Part shown: positions 36,101 to 51,024 of the stretch, piece by piece
Position numbering within the stretch: position 1 is the first letter of the stretch
How the letters are laid out: each line of letters begins with the position of its first letter
NCBI RefSeq assembly: GCF_009834535.1
Contig: NC_045697.1
Coordinates: 23,066,001 to 23,130,000, forward strand
Origin: Camelus ferus
Lineage: Eukaryota
DNA: 64,000 bases
Direction: 5' to 3'
Made by a program: the position numbers and the translations under genes
The notes under the pieces: generated by a model
Seen by the model: the letters and a program-made list of their open reading frames with translations, nothing else
The model's database searches: none
What the model was told of the DNA's origin: nothing

Positions 36101-37269
36101 TTCAAATCACAAAACTGAAAAACCATTAGTTAGCTCTGGCCATTGCAGCTGCTGAATTTGTTTTACTAAATATACGTAGAGATATAAAATTCCTCTAAAA
36201 AGCTTACTACCCTGTTGGCTTAAGGTGTAGTTCTAATATCCAAAGAGTTAGTAGAGTCTTCCTGGCCACTCTTTGTTGAACACATACTCTAGCAATTATT
36301 TGATCACTGATTCTAATATACAACTAAAAATGTTAAGGTGTGATTTCTAGACAATCAAGTGTTCTGTGAAATACATATATATTAGGTATTAAATAGGTAT
36401 TAAACAGTTCCTTTAATGTTGCCACCATTACCTCAATAAGGGATTTCATTAATGGATTCTGCTACATTGTTATTTTATAAATTCAAAACAAGTCAGTCAC
36501 TGTTTTTTTTAGTCACTCTTTTAATACCCATAACTTCTTACCACTCTTTGTCATCGCTATAGTTTCAGTGTCTATAAACATTAACTTAGATTTAGTTGAA
36601 TTTTTTTAAGAAAATGCTTTTAGAAGGACAGATTTGATGGTATCTTTAAAAATTTAAAAGGCCACACTTTTTAAGCAACAAATTTCACTTCTTAGGATGT
36701 TGTCCACAGTAATACTTACCAGAGGTTATTTATCTGTTTTGTAAGATGCTAGTTTCTGTGTCTTTTACTATCGCTCTTTCGTCTAGCAACTATTCTGATT
36801 TGTTGGTTCCTGCTCTGCTTGTTAAAAGTTTTTACTACCGTATGTATACTAAGTTGTTTGCAAAAGAATACTCTTTGCAACATTGCTCATAATAGAAAAA
36901 AATATATATATCCTAAATACGAGCTGAAGGAAATTGAATAAACCACTGCATATGATTATTATGAACTACTGTGTAGATATTTTGAGCTATTTTAAACTTT
37001 ACTGCTAACTTGGAATTTTCAGGCATACCAGGAGATAGGAAAAGAAGACAGAACTAAACACAGAGTATGATTTTAATTTGCATTAAAAGGCTAAATAACC
37101 ATGCAGAAATATATCATTTTAGGTAAATTCAAAATCAAAGTAAAGAAAAGAACAAAATTCTTATTTCTCCACTCTGGAAAGGAGAATGCGGTGATTCTAA
37201 TCAGGTAAAGAGTAAATTTGGTGCTTTATTTTATAGTTTAGGTGTTATTTTAATCTTGTCTAATAGCAG

Positions 37270-37510
37270 TATCGATAGCAATAGTAGCTAACATTTAGGG
37301 GTGGCTTACTTAGTGACAAGCTTTTCCAAATTCCAAATGTTAACTCATTTAATTTTCATAAAAATTCTATCAGACATCTACTATTATTTCCCTTTAGTAT
37401 ATAAAGAAACTGAGGCACAGAGAAGTTAAGTAACTCATCTGATGTCCACAATGCTAGTGTTTCAAAAGGATATGAACTCAAGAGGTATGGCCCTGAGTCT
37501 GCTTAATCAT
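37270..37510 (-). mobile_element. MIR SINE
   Basis: 'aatagtagctaacattta', 'aaagaaactgaggcacagagaagttaagtaact'. Confidence 0.7.
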
Positions 37511-39899
37511 GACATTTCCTTCAGTACTTGTATGATTATTTTAACACTTGAATATATTTCAGAAATGTCAGGAAAACAGCATTAATCTTACCATCATCTA
37601 ATATTGCAATTTAAAAAAACAATACCATAAAATAGGATTGTACTCATGTGATTATTGTTTGTCCTACTTTGTTTAAACACAACTTTGTGCCCATTCTTGA
37701 CAATAATAGTGTTTAATTGGAATTCTTTTTAATTCAACCTCTGTTGCTCTTACCAACCAACCTGCTACTTATGCAAATACTTTTTAATGCAAGTATAAAA
37801 TCGTTACTATCTGCTTTCATAGTACTTTTCCTTCAGAATTACAGCATTTTAGATATAGATTACCACAAGAATCACTGCTTTTCAAAACACCTACTTTAAA
37901 TAGTACTTTCAGCATATTCCAAATTGGATTCTTTGATAACACGAAATCCATACAGATCTTTCTAAGATTTTGTAATTGTCTCCAAATTCCCTCACCTTGG
38001 CTTTGAATTCCTGCTTTCCTGGTAGACTCCCTGCTCCAGTCAGATTCACTTGACTGATCTTGTCTCCCGATCACTTGCTCACTGCTACCTGAGACTAATT
38101 CAACAAACAGATGGTGTCTGAGAGACCGCGCTAGACACCATTGTGCATGTGATTTTTACTTACTTGATATTCTTCTGTCTTCCTCTTTAAGAGCCAGCTC
38201 CCTTTCAAATTTCTCCTAGTATTTTTTTCTTTTTTTTAATCAGATGTTTCTAACTGTCACACTCCCTTGTTGCCTCTGGCCTTCAGGAGTATGGTTTTCA
38301 CTTTGCATATTTGCACTTGTTTGCACTCTGTTTTGTGAGCATGTGGAGAAGGCTGAGGAGCCCACAGTCTCTACATACAACTAGTTCATATGTTGTTAAA
38401 AAGTAAGGACTTTTATCTTACACGTTTAAAACATGACTTTTCCAAATGGTTCCAGAGAGTAGTGGGAAATCAATAAATGATAGTTCACTGTCTTACAAAG
38501 TGAGATTGAAATGGGATAAATAAAAAGGAAGAAAAAGTATAATACACAATAGAGTAAAATAGGCAGAAACTCAAGAGGGAAAAATGGAATAGAAGTCAAA
38601 ACAGAAAAGGAGATTAAATAAAGGGGGTAAATGACACAATCCTGAAAACAAACAATCTATACCCTTAGCTAAGTAAGAGTAAATACGAACTATGAAGAGA
38701 TTCCTACTCTGCATGACTATGAGTCACACAAATTTTAAAGATTCTGCCTCTTATTTTACATAGGTAGCATAGTCAGTTAAACTTCATAAGTGGATACCAA
38801 TTTCCAAGTTCTAAAAGAAGAGGTGGAATCCTACACATAAATTTCTTACTATTCTCAAAGAAATATTATACCATTTAAAATGTACTTGAATGTACTTCTG
38901 AGCTGAATAAACTTATGTGGTACCAAAGTCAAGCTAAGATATACTCAAAATTTAATTTAGAGGCTAATTTAATAACTCAGCATGTCACCCTTAGGCTTAC
39001 AGATTTACTTCATTATCAAAACCCCATAGGATATTTTATAATCAAGTAAACAAATTTTAGGACTTATTAGAACACCTAGGAAGACCAGGAGAATCTCTCA
39101 CATCTAGATCAGTTCATTTTTGCTACAGTGTTTATGTCAGCTTTGCCACTGCATGTTTTATTGATAAAGCAATGGATACAAAGCAAGTTGAAGACAGATT
39201 TATTATAAAAGATTCAAATTTACATTGAAATGCTGATAGTAACTGCATAACATACAAAAAAAAGTTTTTTGAAAAACTAAGAACAGAAAACAGTTAGTTG
39301 GCTAAAATAAGCAGTACACATTTAAACAAATTTTATTTTTCACACCCTCCTATTAACCAGGTATATATAGGAGGCATCAGCTTCTTACTCAAATTACTAC
39401 CTGGATATGCGATTACCACCTGGATGTGCCTTAATAACATCAAAATTAACATTTTGAAAACAATGGTTATCTCTTTAATCTTAACTTTGACCTCTTCATG
39501 GATTTTCTATTTTAATTAATTAAATGATCATTCTTCCTGTCAGCCAAGCCATTAACCTGGAATTTATGAAAACCTTTAACATTATTTATTTATTATACTT
39601 GTTTTTCTTACTTTTCCTTAGAGCTTTTTAAATTCTGTTTTTATTTTTTAAAGATTTGGTCCATATTGAGAATTAATCAGAAATTTCAATGTGCAAAATG
39701 GACTCTCAAAAACGCTCTCAAAATAGTAGAGTGAATCTCCTCATTAGTACAGCCATCTCTGTTGGCAAACATTCATCAGAATTGCAGGCTTAATGTCCTC
39801 AGTTTTACAAGGATCTTCTAATGTGTCCCCAGTCCACTTTGGGGGATCTCATTCTTTTCTAATCAGTGCTCTCAGTTTAGCAGCAAACACCCTCAGAGG

Positions 39900-41449
39900 T
39901 GAGATACTAAATGTGTGTAGCAATTAACTCACTCATTGAATGTGATTCTGGGTTTGGCCCTCAGCATCTTAATTCTGAACCTATAGGAGATAATGATTTC
40001 TTTCAAGGAAGAAATAGTAAAATGGTGGAGCAGAGACATAAATTTGGGAAAGAATTGATAAGCCAAAGGGAATCTGGACTTGACAATTTGAAAATCATCT
40101 CCAGATGGCAAAAGATGCTAAAATTAAGAGACTTATTGTCACAATACCACGCTCAAGGGAAAAGGTCAAAAGCGTAACTATACAATCTAAATATTTAGTC
40201 ACACAAAGGGCTCTTTTAAGAGATTAAGGATATACATCCTGGAACCTATCAATCAAACCTTGGGGATCTCGAAGTCATGGGAGTACTGTTCCTGAACCAT
40301 CCTAATAGAAGGCCAGTGTAAAGATCCAATGGAGTAAAAACTGGTAAAATCCATGGAAGGTCCAAAAAGCATTTCAGAAAATTGTTTCAGCAGAAACACT
40401 GCCGGTTTGGACTCAAAAGGACAGGAAGAGTACAATTAAAATGTATCCAAAATTCTACAGACAAGAAGAAAGTTGATTACAATTCTTCAGCAGCAAAACT
40501 GTGTTGTCTTTCATGAAAGAGAAACAATGAATGAGAAGGTAGGAGCAAGATCCTAGAAGAAGGATCCGAGAACCGCTGAGAACTACTCTGAGGTCTCAGG
40601 ACTTAATCAAGCAACCCCTAACTTTTGTCAGGTTAGATTTCAGAGCTTCAATAACTAGTGACCCTTTCTTACCTCCTCTTTGCCCCTTCTTTTGAATTGG
40701 AATTTAGAATGCCTTTCTCCGAGACCTGTTCCACCACTGTATGTCAGGTTTGTTGGGGGCAGTTACCTTGTCCCTTTAATTTCACAGATCACAGAAGGAG
40801 AGGTTTTGGTGCAGGAGCAGTACTTAATAGATTATAGCCTAAAGCCTCATCTGCACACCTGTACTTGATTTACATTATGTGATCATACATATTGAGCAGA
40901 TGCTGAAAGGGTATGAAACTTTGGGAAACTTGGGGCGGGGTGAGTATTAGGAGGGATGTGAATCATTGGGGACCAGAAAAAGTGCTGTGAAAGACACACT
41001 CAAAGGTAATGTCCAATGACTAAGGCCCTTGTGTAATCTCTCCACTTGAGTACTGGTAGATATGCCAAATTGATAGGCAAATTCTCTCATAATTATGTTA
41101 CATTAAGTAAAACTCTGACTTAGCCTTCTGACATAGACTTGCCCTCCTACTATCCCTTCTGCCTTGAAAAATCCAACTTCCATGATGTGGAGGAGGCCAC
41201 ATGGCAGGGAACTGTGGGCAGCTTCTATGAGCTCAGGGCTTCAGTTCTGCAGATACAAGGAACTGAGTTCTGCCAAAAACCATGTGAACTTAGAAGATGA
41301 CTCTGAGCCTTAGAAAGACTGCAGCCCCAGCCAACACCTTGACTGTAGCCTTGTGAGTCCCTTAGCAAAAGGACCAGCAAAGCCATGCCTGGAGTCCTAT
41401 TCCACAGAAATTGTGAGATCATAAATGTCTGTTTTAAAAAATTAATACA
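39900..41449 (+). mobile_element. MLT1 internal segment plus 3' LTR (~40985-41449)
   Basis: Internal motifs shared with 13923-14950 ('aagagattaagg', 'ctatcaatcaaac'); LTR 'ggcccttgtgtaatctctcc..ggaggccacatggcagggaactg..ctgcagccccagccaacaccttgactgtagccttgtgag..aattaataca'. Confidence 0.7.
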
Positions 41450-42306
41450 ATAGCCACTCCAACTTAGGCAATACAACAAGAGTTTTGGATCAAGTAGATC
41501 GTCTCCAAAGTAAAATCTGTCTCTAAAACTCATGATTTGGATAATGTGGACAATATAGTGCCAAGTACCAAATAAATTAAGGGTCATCCTTCAAATGCAT
41601 TGGCTTCCAGGGTGTCTATTTAGGCTGTATCAGAACAAAGATTTTCCATAATAACAAGATATAGATATGTTACTTGAGTTCCATATCAATTACAGATGAA
41701 TACAAAATACATTTATAACTCTTGCATTTGAAACATGGCAACTGAAAGAATCAAGCTAATCACATCACAGCCTGAAGAAATTTTCATGAGAACAACTTAT
41801 ATGTGTATCATTCCTTGTGCTTAATGCAGGCATTTGCAAGAAAATGGAGTCTTTTAATGTCATTCCAGTGATTGCCAATGAGTATAAAATTAGGCTAGAA
41901 ATGACCTAATTTAGAAAGCATGCTTGTAAATTATTGCATAGTTATTTTTTTAATATTTTACTTGATTTTCTTAGATATCACTGTTATTTTTTCTTTATAG
42001 TAAGCAATTGCTTCTACAAAATAACCCTGAAAACCAGGCATGATTCTACATATTTACAAATTAAAATCAACTTTCTGAGAAAAAGGTATGTAAGAAAGAA
42101 GGACAAATAGCTTTTCTTCATGAAGTTTCAAAAAAATTAATATTCTTCTTACAAATTCTCCAAAAACATTGTATAATTTTCTTATATAGAATAAACTTTA
42201 TATAAATAAATGAATTAATATGATATATATAGGCATTTCAGTAAAAAATGATGTTAAGTAACCAAAGAGATCATGGTGCCATAAAATAACAACCAAAAAA
42301 GCTCAC

Positions 42307-43297
42307 TTTTTTTTTAATTGAAGTATAGTCTATTTACCATGTTGTGTTAGTTTCTGGTGTACAGCATAGTGATTCAGTTACATATATATATATATATTCC
42401 TTTTCATTTTCTTTTGCACTATAGATTATTACAAGACACTGAATATAGTTCCCTGTGCTATAACAGTAGGACTTTTTTGTTTATCTATTTTATATACAGT
42501 AGTTAGTATCTGCAAATTCCGAACCCCCAATTTATCCCTTCCCACTCCCTTTACCTGCTGGTAACCATAAGTTTGTTTTCTATGTCTCTGAGTCTGTTTC
42601 TGTTTCATAAATAAGTTCATGTGCATCATTTTATTATTTTTTTTAAGATTCTACATATAATTGATATCATATGGCATTTTTCTTTCTCCTTCTGGCTTTC
42701 ACTTACTATGATAATCTCCACGTCCATCCATGTTGCTGCAAATTGCATTGTTCCATTCTTTTTTTGGATGAGATAGACAGATGGATAGATAGACCACAAC
42801 TTCTTTATCTAGTCATCTGTCGATGGACATTTAGGTTGTTTCCATGTCTTGGCTATTGTAAATAGTGCTGCTGTGAACATTAGGGTATGTGTATCTTTTT
42901 GAATTATAGTTTTCTCCAGATATATGCCCAAGTATGGATTGCTGGATCATAGGCTAAGTCTATTTTTAGTTTTTTAGGGAATCTCCGTACTGTTTTCTAT
43001 AATGGCTGCACCAGCCTACATTCCCACCAGCAGTGTAGGAGGGTTCCCTTTTCTCCACAGCCTCTCCAGCATTTGTCATTTGTGGACTTTTGCATGATGG
43101 CCATTCTGACTGGTGTGAGGTGATACCTCATCATAGTTTCGATTTGCATTTCTCTGATAATTAGCGATATTGAGTATTTTTTCATGTCCTATTGGCAATC
43201 TGTATGTCTTCATTGGGGAAAAGCCTGTTTAGGTTTTCTGCCCATTTTTTAATTTTTTGTGTGTGTGATTGTTCTTGTTGTTGAGCCATATGAGCTG
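42307..43297 (-). mobile_element. L1 3' ~1 kb including ORF2 C-terminal remnant and 3' UTR
   Basis: Poly-T at 42307; ORF 42997-43185 [62 protein letters not shown] is the L1 ORF2 cysteine-rich C-terminus. Confidence 0.92.
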
Positions 43298-44088
43298 AAA
43301 CCCCCACATTTTGAGGTAATGTCATACAACTTAAAAAAGTCTTGCACCAGTAGTATTCATTTATATTTAGACTTTTCATATAGTTCCTCAAAAAATTAAG
43401 ATATGAAGTGATACTATTAAAATCTTGAGTGTCTTTGAACACTCCCTCCTGATTCTAATACTGAGCAGTGATAGCATGGATGTGTGATTGTAGAAGGACT
43501 CTGGATCTCATGCTGACTATATTTAAAGTGTCCCTGGAACTAAGAGTCAGGGACTTAACACCCCATGGACCTAAATCCAAGTTCCAAGATTCTAAATAGA
43601 ATTCAAGCTAAATGCTGTCTTTCAGAGGAAATAGGAACTCCATATCCGTAAGACAGATGCCATAGGAGTTTTAGGACTGCATTGAGCGTTTTCTTCATGG
43701 ATGAGAAAATTTAAAATCAAAATAGAGATAATTATGTAGACTTTACTTATAATAATATCAAGAAATTTCTGGGTTTCTTAATTAAGACATTCCAGACATA
43801 AAATAAGCATGTTAGGAAAGGAAATTAGTAAAAAATTTATGAAGAAATAGAAAATTTCAATAAAATGTATCTGAAAGTAGCTTGAGGATGATGATTAATA
43901 TATTGAATTTTGGAGGGAAGCTCATCTATCAAGAGGATAGATAATTTACCATCCAAATCTTAATATCCTCCTCAATGGTCATCATACAGTGGAAATTCAT
44001 TCAAAATATGCTGGATGGCTAAGTAATCTTCTTTTTTTTTTTTTCATTTTCTTTGTATTAGATTTTATTATATTTCTTTAGAATATGA

Positions 44089-44283
44089 TCAGGGGTGATT
44101 TTGTCCCCTAGAGGACATTTGGTAATATCTGAAGACAGTTTGGAATGTTACAACTGGGCAAGAGCTGCTGTCATTTAGTGAAGACAAGGGACGCTGCTAA
44201 ACATTCTACAATGCATAGAACTGCCCTCTACCCCAAAATGTATGTGGTCCAAAATGTAGTAGTGCCATGGTTGGGAAACCCTG
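44089..44283. mobile_element. MER20 hAT-Charlie MITE
   Basis: 'ggggtgattttgtcccctagaggacatttggtaatatctgaagaca..gacgctgctaaacattctacaatgcatag..ggttgggaaaccctg'. Confidence 0.8.
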
Positions 44284-47200
44284 CTTAAAGAAAGCAAAGT
44301 GTGACATTGTTTAATTGCTTGCAAGACATAAGCAGGATCAGTGAACAACATTTATTAGATGATGATAAATGAGCATTTGGTTCATGAGGAATTCTTTCCT
44401 TGAATTAGACAGACAATTTCTTATCAGCATTGCTTGATTTCCTCAACTGTTCCTGAATCTGTTCTGCTGTTGCTAAAACACTTCAAAAAAAAAAAAAAAA
44501 AAAAGATTAAATGTAAGGATGATAAAAAGGTAGTCAAAATGGAGAGTACATTGGCAAATCCTCTAATTCTAGAATGACAAAACAGTTCTGATTGCCCTGA
44601 TGAGAGATTAATTGAAAATGATTTGGGTAGAAAACTAGGATAATTTATTGATATGAATATGGTAATATGAATAATTTGGTATTCACAGCAATAATTTGAG
44701 TGCTGTGGCTTTTATGCTGAAAGTTTCCCATTAGAATGTGAATCTACAATTTTAAATGACTTATAATGTAGTAGGAACTCATGACTACATGACATAGATA
44801 AACTATTCTAAGGAGTCTTCTTAGGGATCCCAAATAAAATTAGACTCAGCAGGATCAAAGCTAGAGATTTGATTAGAAATATAAATAGCCCAACGCAAAC
44901 TCCTTTGATTTTGAATAGTTGCATAGAATCACACATCTCTGGAGCACTTCTATTCTGTTATATAGCTGCAACATGTAAAAGAAACCCCAACGTGGGCGTG
45001 CTTCAGTCATCCAAGGGCCGGATTCAAAATACAGATTTAAACAGCCGTTTCCTGTCTTTGTCACCTCCCCTTTTAAAGGAGGAAACATTAAGATGATACT
45101 TGGTATTTTATTGCAAATACACATTGGCATAACTTAAATGTGAAGATGAGATTATCTTGAAGTCAGAGATCTGTCACTTATTCCTGTATCCCCAGTTCTT
45201 AGCACAGGGCCTGGCATGTAATGGGTGCTCAATAAATGTTTAAATGGATGAAACTGATCATGCTTATCTATATGAGGATTGTGATGGCTCATCTGCAACT
45301 GATAATCTATTTTATACGTAATATATTCAAAAGTTCTTTAAATCTTATCTCTTATTTTTAAATTTATGCACTATAGCCTTAGCAATTTGTGCTTTCCTCT
45401 TTGATTTAGTGTATGCCAAAGCTGGTATCTTATTGTCTGTTTGACTCATTTATTCCATGTTTTTCTTGCTAGATGTCCAAGGTATGCCAAGCTATAATAT
45501 ACAGATATTGAACAATTCTGTTTCAGGATTAAATGTGCAGGGTGGAGTCATTTATTTAAATAATTTATAGAATGCCAGGCTTGTTTCTAGTCCTCATGAA
45601 TGTGAATATGAGCAGAGTGATTCTGAATTATAACAAGGCTCATTGGTATGGCTGATGTCAGAGTGTTTCAAGTCCTATCTCAACCATAATACTTCACTGA
45701 ATAGTTCTTGGGACCAAATATAGAAATTAAAAGTTAAAACTAAAACCTAAGGCCTTATGAACACACTTGTGGCTACTCTAGAAAGGAAGGCAGGAGAAAA
45801 AAATATTATGACTGATACTATATCTTCTACTAAACCCCAATATGTTTAAGATAGATGAGAAAGGGATAAGATGGCTGACAAAGGCAGAACGTTTATCATT
45901 CTTCTTGCTATTATCTCCTAAAATTTCAGAAAGAGAGAGAATAGAGAAAATACATTGAGACCCTACTCCTTTCCTTACTGCCTAGTTCTAGGAAGGAACT
46001 TAAGACAATGCTAAATCACGATAGGTCTTCATTTGAAGAATATAATAATGTTCTCCCTCCAGATTCAGAAACTTCATTGATATTAGTTTCTAGCATCCTA
46101 TTTGGAAGGAAAAAATAGTCAGCTGAAGATTGTAATTGAGGAACAATTGAAATATTGGTGCGTTCCAATGACAAGGCACACACAGGATACTTCGCAACTT
46201 ACAAGAGATAAGAGATTAACTCTGTACAACACGATATACAGGAGAGATGTGGTTCACCATATTACAGTGAATGGGCTGTCACAATTTAGCCACTAGCCAA
46301 GAGTGATGCAAGAGATCTCCATTAGAAATATTCCATCATTGGGAGGGCTGGGATCTCTGTAAGATTTTCTGGTACCACAGACACCAAGTGAAAGGGGGTG
46401 GTTAATTTTAAGTGCTTTGTACATTGTTTCTCTTTTGAACTTGTCCTCCCATAAATAGTCCATTGTATGTTTACAGGCAAAGGAGGTGATGGAGCAGGGA
46501 ACTTCCTTGTGTTCCAGTGCCTAGAAGACTCAAAATAATGCTAATAAGAAAGAAGATTGGGTAATTATATTTATTTTTACATCATCCCCACACCTCAATC
46601 ACATGTTGTCATCTATATCTTTCACTCACATTACAAAATTTCTTGGAAGTGTTTTGACCCCTTGAAACTATGAGATAAAACTACAGTAATATAAACATAA
46701 CATATAAACACAATATTAAAATTGGCTAAATTTGTAGATGCCATAACAGGCCTACTAACTTCTGGAATATGGATGTGTCAATGAAATTAGATTCAAAGGT
46801 CACAATAAAAAAGGATGTTTTACACAGTTTGAAAGGGTAGCTTATCTCCTTATGTCAACCGCAATGACTTGAAATCTGCAAGCAGCTACTTAGAAGAAAC
46901 TTCCCGTACCAAAAAAATACAAACAACAACAACAAAAAACCCAAGAAGAGAGATATGAAAGAAAAGAAACCCCTTTTGAACTGGACTGGGCTTTGGGCCA
47001 GTAAGAAGGCAGTTCAAGGGAGTTTCTAGGCAAGAGACCCAGGCAAAGAGAAACAAGCTTTATTAAGAGTGTCAGGTGGCTTTAAGGAGTGCAGTTTTGA
47101 CCTTGAAATGTAATAGATACACTCGGGAAGAATGCCAGAATGGACTTTGTATTATCAGTGGTCAGTGCAGCCAAAGGATGATGTTAACTTCAACGGGGGT

Positions 47201-47479
47201 TGGATGCAAAGGTGAATTCAGGAAGTAAAACTTGAAACCCCTGATCCAGGTGTAGTAGAGTCAAGTTGAAAAATGTTATGTGATCATGCATTTTCAAGTG
47301 TTTTGTACCTCCCAGTGGAGCAAAAGAGTTTTGCTCTCTAACCTAAGTATTTTGCTAGAAACACTGCCAATAAAAGGTATCAAATAAAAGGTAACAGTGA
47401 AAAGGTCCCAGTCCCATTGTAAGAGTCCTACTTTTAGATGAGAGACTCCCAAGCTCTTGGAAGGTAACAGGAGACAGCA

Positions 47480-47730
47480 ACTAGGGCCAGAATCACAAAC
47501 CTTAATTGATTGTTTCCTATGATTCAAGCACGATGTTAAGTGTATTATATGAATCATTTTACTTAATCATAGCTCTATAAAAAGTTGTATTTCTATTTGA
47601 TATAAGAAGGAAATAAGGCTTAAAGCAATGAAGTAATATAGTAAAATCCCCCAAATTTTTATTGGCAAGGATGGGATTAAAAGCAAGGTGCATCTCTTTC
47701 CAGAGCCCATGTTCTTAGATTATGTAACAC
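47480..47730 (-). mobile_element. MIR SINE
   Basis: 'aagaaggaaataaggcttaaagcaatgaagtaa', 'ggatgggattaaaagcaagg', 'ccagagcccatgttctta'. Confidence 0.55.
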
Positions 47731-48547
47731 TGTATGTTGGTGAACCACATGGTTCGTAAGTCGCTCAGGTTTGCTTTGGTGCAGAAACCAAGGGCTGGGT
47801 GCACTCCACTGTGGATAACATTGAGAACATTTGTGTAGTTAGGATCTCTGCTTAACCTATAAACTCTCAACAGAGAGAATTTGCAGAATAAAAGTAAGCA
47901 TGAAGGAAATACAACATTAGACTTAAAAGAAGAAAAAAACTAAAATCACTAATAAAGCAATACAAGAATTGTATTTATAGTTTGGCTTTAAAATCATTAT
48001 AAATGCTATACACGGGAAACTATATAAAGTGGACAGGAAAGGTCTAGCAGCAGAACATCAAACCATTCCATTCCTTTACCAGGAGACATTCTTGGGAGGG
48101 AAAGAAGGCAGGTAAGTACATCTCCTTGTAAACATGCTGGAGTCAGACCTTCTAGTGTTTTGTGCCCAGATCTTAATTTATAAAGATGACTGACTGACCA
48201 CACAGAGAGGTCGACGCCATTGAAAGAGAAGTTTAGTGTTACTTCCGTTTCCCATAGAAACAAAAGACACGGCTCACCAGCCAGGTCTACAGAAGGAACA
48301 CCAGGTTTTGGTCGGGAAGCAGAATCAGGAGTGAGGAAAAACCCATGCCTATATTGGGGTTTCTGTGTTGGTGGTCTTCTGTCTCTCTCTCCTATGTCAG
48401 TGTTCACAATTAATGCTATTATTAGTGAGTAACTATACTGGGTAAATTCCTTAATTTCCTAATTCTCTAACAATCTGATCTTTATAAACTGTGTTAATTC
48501 ACACAGTTTATGTTCAGTCGTTTTCATATATAAAAATGTAATGATGA

Positions 48548-48771
48548 GTATAAGATTAACAGATGCACACTACCCTATATAAAACAGAGCCACAACAAGG
48601 ATTTACTGCACAGCACAGGGAATTATATTCAATATCTTGTAATAAACTGCAATGGAAAACAAACAAAAAAGAATATATACATATATATATATAAAACACA
48701 ATCATTTTGTTGTACACCTGAAATAAACACAATGCTGTAAATTAACTATACTTCAACAAGAAAAAAAAAGA
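48548..48771 (+). mobile_element. Short L1 3' end with TSD
   Basis: 'aacagatgcacactaccctatataaaacag..cagcacagggaattatattcaatatcttgtaata..ctatacttcaa' plus A tail; TSD aaaaatgtaatgatga (48532-48547) / aaaaatgtaatggtga (48772-48787). Confidence 0.85.
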
Positions 48772-48851
48772 AAAAATGTAATGGTGATGTTTTGATAGAA
48801 ACATTAACGAGTGGAAAACAAAAACCTCAAATTTGAGCATTTAGGATTACC

Positions 48852-49240
48852 CTATGGATTAAACCTTCATGAAGCCCTCAAATATATGCTATTGAAGCCC
48901 TAATCCCCATTGTGATAGTGTTTGGGGATGGGGCCCTTGGGAGGTAATTTGGTTTACAGAAGGTCATGAGGATGGGACCCCTGTGACGGGATTAGTGTCC
49001 TTATAAGAAGAGACACCAGAGAGAGGGTTCTCTTTCTCTCTCCACTATGTGAGGAAATAACCACACAAAAAAGTGGCCCTCTGCAAACCAGAGAGAGAGA
49101 GTTCTCACCAGAACCCCAGAACCCAACCACACTGACACCCTGATCTTGGACTTCCAGCCTCTAGAACTGTGAGAAAACACATGTCTGTTGTTTAAGCACC
49201 TGGCCTACTGTATTATGTCACAGCAGCCCGAGCGAAGACA
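48852..49240 (+). mobile_element. MLT1A0-like MaLR LTR
   Basis: 'gggattagtgtccttataagaagagacaccagaga', 'gacaccctgatcttggacttccagcctctagaactgtgagaaa', ends 'cagcagcccgagcgaagaca'. Confidence 0.8.
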
Positions 49241-51024
49241 GATTTCACCCAGGATACTCTTGCTAGGATGAGGACACGGTGATATCGCCAAGCTGACTAT
49301 GGCAGCGCTGATGCAGGGATAACGCACGATGATAATGTTGACTGGAATTACTTCCACCAAGTGAACATTGAACAGATGACGATGGACGCTGTACACACTG
49401 CAATAATTGGTATTATTTTTCCTGTGACTTCACATGGGAGGCAGCAGTTAGGTCCTCAGCATTAATGTCAGTCTAACAGGCAGCGAGCTTTCAGCCTTCG
49501 GTGACAGAGACAGGTGTGGCGGTTAGCTCCACTTCATCCAGAATTATTTTTGTGTGTGTCGACCTTGCTGCTGGTGACTGGTACTTCTTTAAAAAAAAGT
49601 TTTTTTATTAAGCTGCTTATAACTTTCTTGAAAAAAAAATCACCAGGTTCTTAATACTGGCTGGCATTTCCTGCATGATCGTCCATCATTTCCTGTAACT
49701 ATAATCTTGAACGTTTTTTGTTTTTTTTTAATCTCCCTGTTAATTAATGTCTTACTCTAGTCCTAAAGTAATCCATTTTTTCTTTCAGGCTGTTGATGAA
49801 GCTCTCACAATCTGTTATTCTGTCCACTTACATCAAATTTGTTTTTTCATCTTGATAAATTGTTAGATTCATTCAAACATTATTTATATGGCTTTTAACA
49901 AAATTCATTAAATTGCTCAGATGTGTTTTTTTTTTTAATTTTTTAAATATAATGATGCAAAGATCAATATTTGAGGCCTGGCAGTATTCTATCTCTTTCA
50001 GATCCATACCATAGTAACACAGAACCTGAAGAATGTAATCCATAAATATGTGACTTTGAAACTTGAAAACAGACTTTGTTGGAGAATGTGCAAGGTGGAT
50101 GTTGTCATTTCCAGCTGGATACAGTAAGAAGTTATCAGTCTCATTATGTGCAAATTGTAGTTCCTCAGGGGGCCACAGCATTGTATATGAATAGTGACAT
50201 TTTAAATTGCAATCATTTCTTTTCTCAGATACCAATTGCCCTCCAGAATGAGATCCTTGTGGCCCTAATGCAGTTGTAAAGCTGCTGTCACGGTTTTGTT
50301 GTTGTAGTTGTTTGACCGCCAGACCAGAAATATGCATTTTTGGAATGGCAACTTAATTTATTTTTCTTTCCTTTTATTTATTGATGTATTTATTTTTGGT
50401 ACACATGCAGCAATATTTTAGTAAGTTGAATGATATAATTTTACAGAAAAATATACTTGCTTTTCTTAAATTCATTTTGTATGTTTTCTTTTCATTAGAT
50501 TTTCAGTGATTTTTGAAAGCTAGACTACATAATTGTTTATTTGTACCACAATGGAGTTCCAAGTGTTCAGATGATTAAATGAGTTGTCCCTTGAGGAATA
50601 GAAACAAGAGAAACACTGTTGTGCTGCTTCATTAGACTCCTAACCAAACAGTGAAGGAAAAATAATTTGAAACTAACAATAAGAGGTTACCTCGTTAAAA
50701 CTATCTAAGTCAACCTGAGACAAATGAACACAATAAAAAAATTATCTGTAGCATTTTTCATCATTGAATATGGTTAGAATTGGAAAGTCTGTTTATTAAA
50801 GACATATTGATTTTCATTAGAACTTTTTTACATTCAGGTAAGCCAGTCCTAGGCTTAGTTTTTGTGTCTAGTTTTGTTTTGTTTTTAAATCTATTTAAAG
50901 TCCAGTAGCAAGACTTAACCTAATTGCAAACTCACACTTTCACATTTTCAATACATATTTACTGAGAAGTACTGTAACTCAGGATATCTGTCTTGATACT
51001 AATATCAAAAGCTGATACTAATAA

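Noticed and set aside
42307..43297. Active L1 or expressed ORF2
   Set aside because: Only ~1 kb of the 3' end is present, with a premature stop after ...LVQPL.
49873..50337. 154-aa minus-strand ORF and plus-strand candidate exon 50002-50123
   Set aside because: No recognisable protein similarity. Splicing the candidate exon to the next acceptor (50229) reaches a stop within about 13 codons.
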